DNA of 64,000 nt from Heptranchias perlo (taxonomy: Eukaryota): positions 3,100,001-3,164,000 of the forward strand of contig NW_027139581.1 of NCBI RefSeq assembly GCF_035084215.1, written 5' to 3'. Position 1 is the first letter of the stretch, and each line of letters starts with the position of its first letter. The notes beneath the pieces were generated by a model. That model was not told the origin of the DNA. It did not search any database and saw only the letters and a list, made by a program, of their open reading frames with translations. The translations under genes and the position numbers were made by a program. Of this stretch, positions 58,933 to 64,000 are shown one piece after another.

Positions 58933-61359
58933 GTAAGCTGTTATCTCAGCTGATAATGGCGTAAATCGGTGTTAACTGTGCTGCTGTCCTTGGCGAAATA
59001 TTTTTTCTCCCTGCATGTTTTGCACGGTGGCCTGAGCTGCTCTACCAGTTTAATGATGGAATGTGTTAAGTTGGTCTTGTTGGAGCTGGTCTGTAATGAT
59101 CTTTGGAAATCCAACCCTGGCATTGTTACTGGGTGTACTGAATGTACACTACTCTGTACTGAATGTACTGTTCAATAACTGAATGTACTGTTCAATAACT
59201 TCTAAACGTTCGGTCTTGTCGCAATTCCATTATATCTGCAATGACCTTTGTATATCCCAAACTGGCATTGTTCCTGGATTATTCTCTGTACTGAATGTAT
59301 TGGAATCAGGTGTCTGGACTAAGAGATGGTATCAGACCATCAGGAGCTGTTAACAGTTTCATGTTGTGGAACTAACGTGTCCTGGAATATTTTTTCATAA
59401 ATGTGTTTTCAGTGATTGATAATGAGACAGCTCACGGTCTCAGTGTTCCAAGAAGGCAGAGCAAAGTCCCCCTTCCCCAATAACATGGTTCAGTTTAACA
59501 GGGGTTTCAGTCTATTTATTGGTTATCACTTATGAAATGTTATTTCATTGCGTTCATCTGACAGAGCTCCAGTTGTCTGGCTTCTGTATTGAGTTTGTTG
59601 CTGAATCTTTCACATCTCCTTTTCTGCTTCACTGTGGATGAATTCATTCTAAGATACAATGTTTTGGTGTTATGCTGTGTCAGTTTGCACTGTAACTGTT
59701 GGAATCCTGAGTCCTTCTATTTATCTGTGAATTCTGAGCAGCAGCGGTGACGTTGGCGTTTTGTTTGAAGAACAACACCGCTATCTAATGGTGCACTTTA
59801 TAATTACAGGAGAAGAATTTCAATCATTGTGAAATCTGGAAGATGTATTTCTTCCATGATTTTACAGATTTCTATGTTTCTTCCATGATTTGCAGATGAA
59901 GCAAACAGCGTAGGCGAACAGGAGGAAACTTGGAAATCTGTAGTAACAGTAAACTATTCCACAGAGGCTTCACTATTTAACAAACTGACACTGAGAATAG
60001 GATCCGTGGAACACGGGGCTGGTGAACAGAATGTAGGGGCAGGAAGTTAGGATTGAATCGAAAGTGAAAAGGGCGCATTGAGAAAGAGAGTAGAGAGGGC
60101 AGAATAATAGATAGAAGAGCGAGAGTGCAATAAAACCCTCACAATCTGACAACTAATAGATAGAGAAGCGATAGAGACTGAGGCGGAGAGGGAAAACGAG
60201 AGGGGGGAGGAGGAGCGTGAGACGAGAAAGAGAGAGAAAGAGAGAAAGGGAGAGACAGAGAGAGAATGAGAGAATGAGAGAGAGAGCGAAAAAGCGACAG
60301 CAGGGTGAATAATTCATCGGAATGAACTGCTGAAACTTCCAGTACAATTATGAAGAGGAAATGTGACTTGAAGATGTTAATAGGAAGTTGTCAGATTGTG
60401 AGAGTTTTATTGCACTCTCGCTGGGTGTGTTTATCGTTATCAGGACCTCAGTCTGTTTTGGTGATTGTTACTTTTCCTTATTCACTGACTGAATAAATAA
60501 ACATAATTCAAATGTATTTAAAGAATAGAATCAGTGATTTTTTGATCCTAATGAATTATTATGATACTGTATTCTAAAAACTCGGTATCAGCGGAATTCA
60601 ATGAAGAACGAGGTTGATTTAATGAATACATTTTGATTTAATTTTAATTGAATGTGCAAATTAAATTTAATGAGCACATTTTATAGCCAATGAGCGGTTC
60701 CCTGACACCAATAACCACTGAAATGAACTGTTGAATTTATTAGTTGGATTGTGTTAGTGGGGTCTATAGATTAGATTTCCTCTCACATTCTGCTGCAGTC
60801 TCTCCCTGTGAATCCCAGTCTCTCCAACCACCACATTGAATCCTCTGTCTCCTCATCCATTGCTTCAGTTCATCCGCTTTCTCACACCAGCTGTTCCTGA
60901 CTCCCTTCCAGCCACTCTCGGCCTTTCCCCGTTTTGTGCCAACCCCTGTCGGTTCTCTTAACCCAGGGCAACAAATCAGCTGCACCTCCGCCTATCCCCT
61001 CACCTTCCCAGCCTCTGCTCTCTTTCCCGTCAGTCTGGAGCCAAATCCGACTTTAACCTGTTGGATTCCCGCTCGGTAAAACTCCTTCTCCCTTCCCCAC
61101 CGGCACTGCGCTCTCACTCGGCCCTTCCAGTGGATCCGGTGCTCATTTATTCACTTTCTTTATCGATTTCACAATTCATTATTTATAATTGAGTTTAAAA
61201 ACATCTCTCTTCCTGAAAGCGCTCTCCAGGTGAATGAATCAGTTTCCACCGTTCGATGCAGGAACAAAGCTGGAAATTTAACCCCAGATCCTGTCAAATT
61301 GCTGCTTTGGCTCCAGGTCTGATCAGTAATTTCTATGCTTCCTTTTCTCTCTCTTACAG

Positions 61360-62264
61360 TTAACTTGGTGGCGATTCTGATCCTGTCCCGAGGAAAGTGC
61401 GGGCTCTCCAAATGTATCAGTTGCTATCTGGTAGGAATGTCTGTGGCCGATCTCCTGGTCGTTATCACTGATCCGATATTGACACGGGTTGGTCAAATTT
61501 ATTTCCGCAATTCATTCTTGTTCATTACTCCCGTGTGTCGTCCCATTAAGTACTTGGGTTCTGCAGCCACAGTGGTATCCGTCTGGCTCACAGTCGCTTT
61601 CACCTGTGATCGATTTGTGGCTATTTGTTATGAGAATCTTAAAACAAAATATTGCAACGAGAAAACGGCGCTTGCAGTAATAGGGACAGTGAGTGTGTTG
61701 GGCTTTTTAGAGAGTGTTCCCTGGTACTTCATATATGAACCTTACCTTACAATTGATAATGTTCCCAGAGATTGTATCTTTAAAGTGATCTTCCGCACTT
61801 CCCCAGTATGGGCCGCATTTGAGTTATTTCACCTCATTTTAACCCCTTGTGTCCCGTTCTTTCTGATTTTGCTGCTCAATGTTCTGACGGTCAGACGCAT
61901 TTTGGTGGTCAGTCGAGTCCGCAGGGGACTCCGGGGCCGCAGCAATGGAGAGAATCACCAGGATCCAGAGATGGAGAACCGAAAGAAATCCATCATTTTA
62001 CTCTTCAGTATATCGGGCAGTTTTATCCTATTATGGATGACACAGGTTGTAAATAACATTTATCGGCGAATGACAGACACTCGGTATTATAATTCCTTCA
62101 CTGACCCTCGTTATATCACAGAATCCACATCAAGAATACTGCAGCTTCTCAGTTCCTGCACAAACACGTGTATTTATGTCCTAACCCAGGCTAAATTCAG
62201 GGAGGAGCTGAAGAACGCGGTGAAATACCCACTCAATCTAATTGTTAAATTAGTGAAATCGTAG
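61360..62264 (+). CDS. GPR139/GPR142-like class A GPCR (GPCR-2), exon 2 of 2 (324 aa total)
   Basis: Acceptor TTTTCTCTCTCTTACAG|TT, phase 1. MSVADLL, FTCDRFVAIC, NTCIY. Colinear with GPCR-1. Confidence 0.9.
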
Positions 62265-62579
62265 AAAGAGCTGAAGGGTTTCAAGCACTAGAACTATTTC
62301 TGGCCATTTCATACTCCACCCACTGCACTTCCCACAGGACAGAAAGTACATTTTATATGAGCTGAAATAATCTTATGTCTGATTCTGAAATTATATTTTA
62401 TTGATAATATGACCCTTTGAGGCGTGATTCGCTCTGCAGACAACACATGAATTGTTGCTCAAACAGGCGGCACTAAAGAGCTCAACTGGACTTCAACTAA
62501 ATGGCCGTCCTGCAAAATCGCCAAACCTATCAATCAAAGTAGCTGCTGTGGGCCTGATCAGAATGGGTGCACTCCACAT

Positions 62580-64000
62580 GAATGGAGAGATAGAATGACA
62601 GAGATAGACAGACAGACAGAACAAAAAGTAGATAGATGGATAGATAGATTGATGGAGGCAAGGAGAGGAAGAGACATTGAGAAAAACTGACATACAGAGG
62701 CAGATAGAAAAGGGAAATGAGAGACAGTTAGAGCCATAAACAGAGAGAAAAGCAGATAACTGTGAAAGGAATAGTGAAGAAAGTGAAAGAAAGGAAGACG
62801 TAGAGAAAAAGAAAGTGAAAGTGACTGAAGTGCAGAAAGGGGCAGAGAGAAAAGGACAGTTCACAAGTTAAAGAAAGACGTGAAGAAACAGAGTAAGAGA
62901 TTTAGATGGAGAAACAGCTGGAGACAATCAAAAAGAAAAATAAATAAACAGAAAAGAGGGAGAAAGAATAAAGGGCAGAAACATAGTGGGGGCAGGAAGA
63001 TAAATAGAAAAGACAAGAGAGGTGGAAATAACGTGGAAGGAGAAAAATATAATGAGAAAGAAATACATGGAGAAAAAGCACAAACAGGAAAGGAGCATGT
63101 ATACATTAGAAAACAGAGACAGGAAATGAATAACACAGATTAAGGGAAAGAGAGGGAGTTTACCAGCGAGAGAAAGTTGAGAGAAACAGGTAGACAAATG
63201 GAGAAAGAAACTCAGAGGTGCAGAAGGAAAGTGGACAGAAAGTGAGAGGCACACAGGGAAAATTACAAAGAGAGATTGAAACAGGGCAATAGAGATAAAA
63301 GAAGTGAAACAAAGAGAACTGGAGACACAGAAAAAATCAGTGCAGGAGAGCGACAGACAGCAAAAGAGACAAAGTGAGACAACAAAAGAAAGAGGCGGAT
63401 ATTTTCTGGTCTACAAATGGACAATGTAATTCATTGAAACGGAATTTGTACACTGCCCTTTATATTAACACATCTCAAAACACTTTACACAATGAATTAA
63501 TTCTGAACTGCGGAGGCAGCTATGTAAATAAATATGTTTATGAATATAATTACAATATATGTATCTGAACAGAAGAAATTGGAGTTTTTATGTTGATAAA
63601 AAGCGTCCAATTGTACTGTTACTTTTTCTTCATTTGTATAAAAGATAATGTTGGACTAATGTGCAAGAATTAATGATGCTTTTACATAGTCTGCGGACAA
63701 CGAAATTAAAGTTGATTGTGAATTCATAAAAAAGAAAGAGATGGAGAAAGTGAAGAGAGAAATAAAGAAAAGGAGAGATAGAACAGAGAGAGTGAAATGC
63801 AGAGCGAAAGAGAGAGAAAGAGTTGAAAAGGGGGTGAGAAGGCAAAAGAGACAGAGATAGAGAGAGAGTGGGGAGACAACGAGCGAGAGGGACAGCGAGG
63901 CAAATGGAAATAAGAGATAAAGATGGAAGACAGAAACATAGAGATATAAAGAGAGAAGCAAAGGGTGACAGAGAAAAAATATAGAAATGGAACAGTGATA
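62580..64000. repeat. GA-rich low-complexity sequence (with an AT-rich interruption at ~63380-63730)
   Basis: Purine-strand-biased degenerate (GA)n/(GATA)n. Confidence 0.8.

Noticed and set aside
59096-59300. Small local duplications in GPCR introns (also 38230-38470 and 59845-59897)
   Set aside because: Short degenerate two-copy duplications with no sign of function.
61335-61359. ORF-track starts for the GPCRs (ATG 61335; GTG 35322)
   Set aside because: These lie in polypyrimidine/acceptor sequence and would truncate TM1. Proper first exons exist at 58863 and 39182.
62493-63961. Hydrophobic F/L/S-rich and Lys-rich ORFs
   Set aside because: Compositional artefacts of GA/TC low-complexity DNA.

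Overview
Eukaryotic, repeat-rich DNA, most likely from a cartilaginous fish (shark). This is inferred from the CR1/L2/Penelope/Deu-SINE content and the gene families, not from a database match. The left part (1-26.7 kb) is a cluster of KRAB-less C2H2 zinc-finger genes with three finger arrays (3077-3835 -, 13361-14665 +, 23697-24482 -). They share paralogous CpG promoter modules (YY1/NRF1/GC-box/CCAAT/ZNF143-like), a splice acceptor and a conserved 3'UTR. Two arrays have no usable in-frame ATG but carry an ACG in a strong Kozak context behind decayed fingers. The right part holds two divergently oriented, intact two-exon GPR139/GPR142-like class A GPCR genes (39182-34423 -, 58863-62264 +). Their first exons are missed by the ORF track. 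They share a promoter signature with matched spacing (Fox-like + homeobox-like + TGTCA + TATA). The rest is CR1, L2 and another LINE family, two Penelope-like pieces with hammerhead ribozyme motifs, a tRNA/Deu SINE and about 18 tandem-repeat arrays. Many arrays trace to single-copy promoter or LINE precursors inside the window. Repeat and TE boundaries were read by eye and are approximate.
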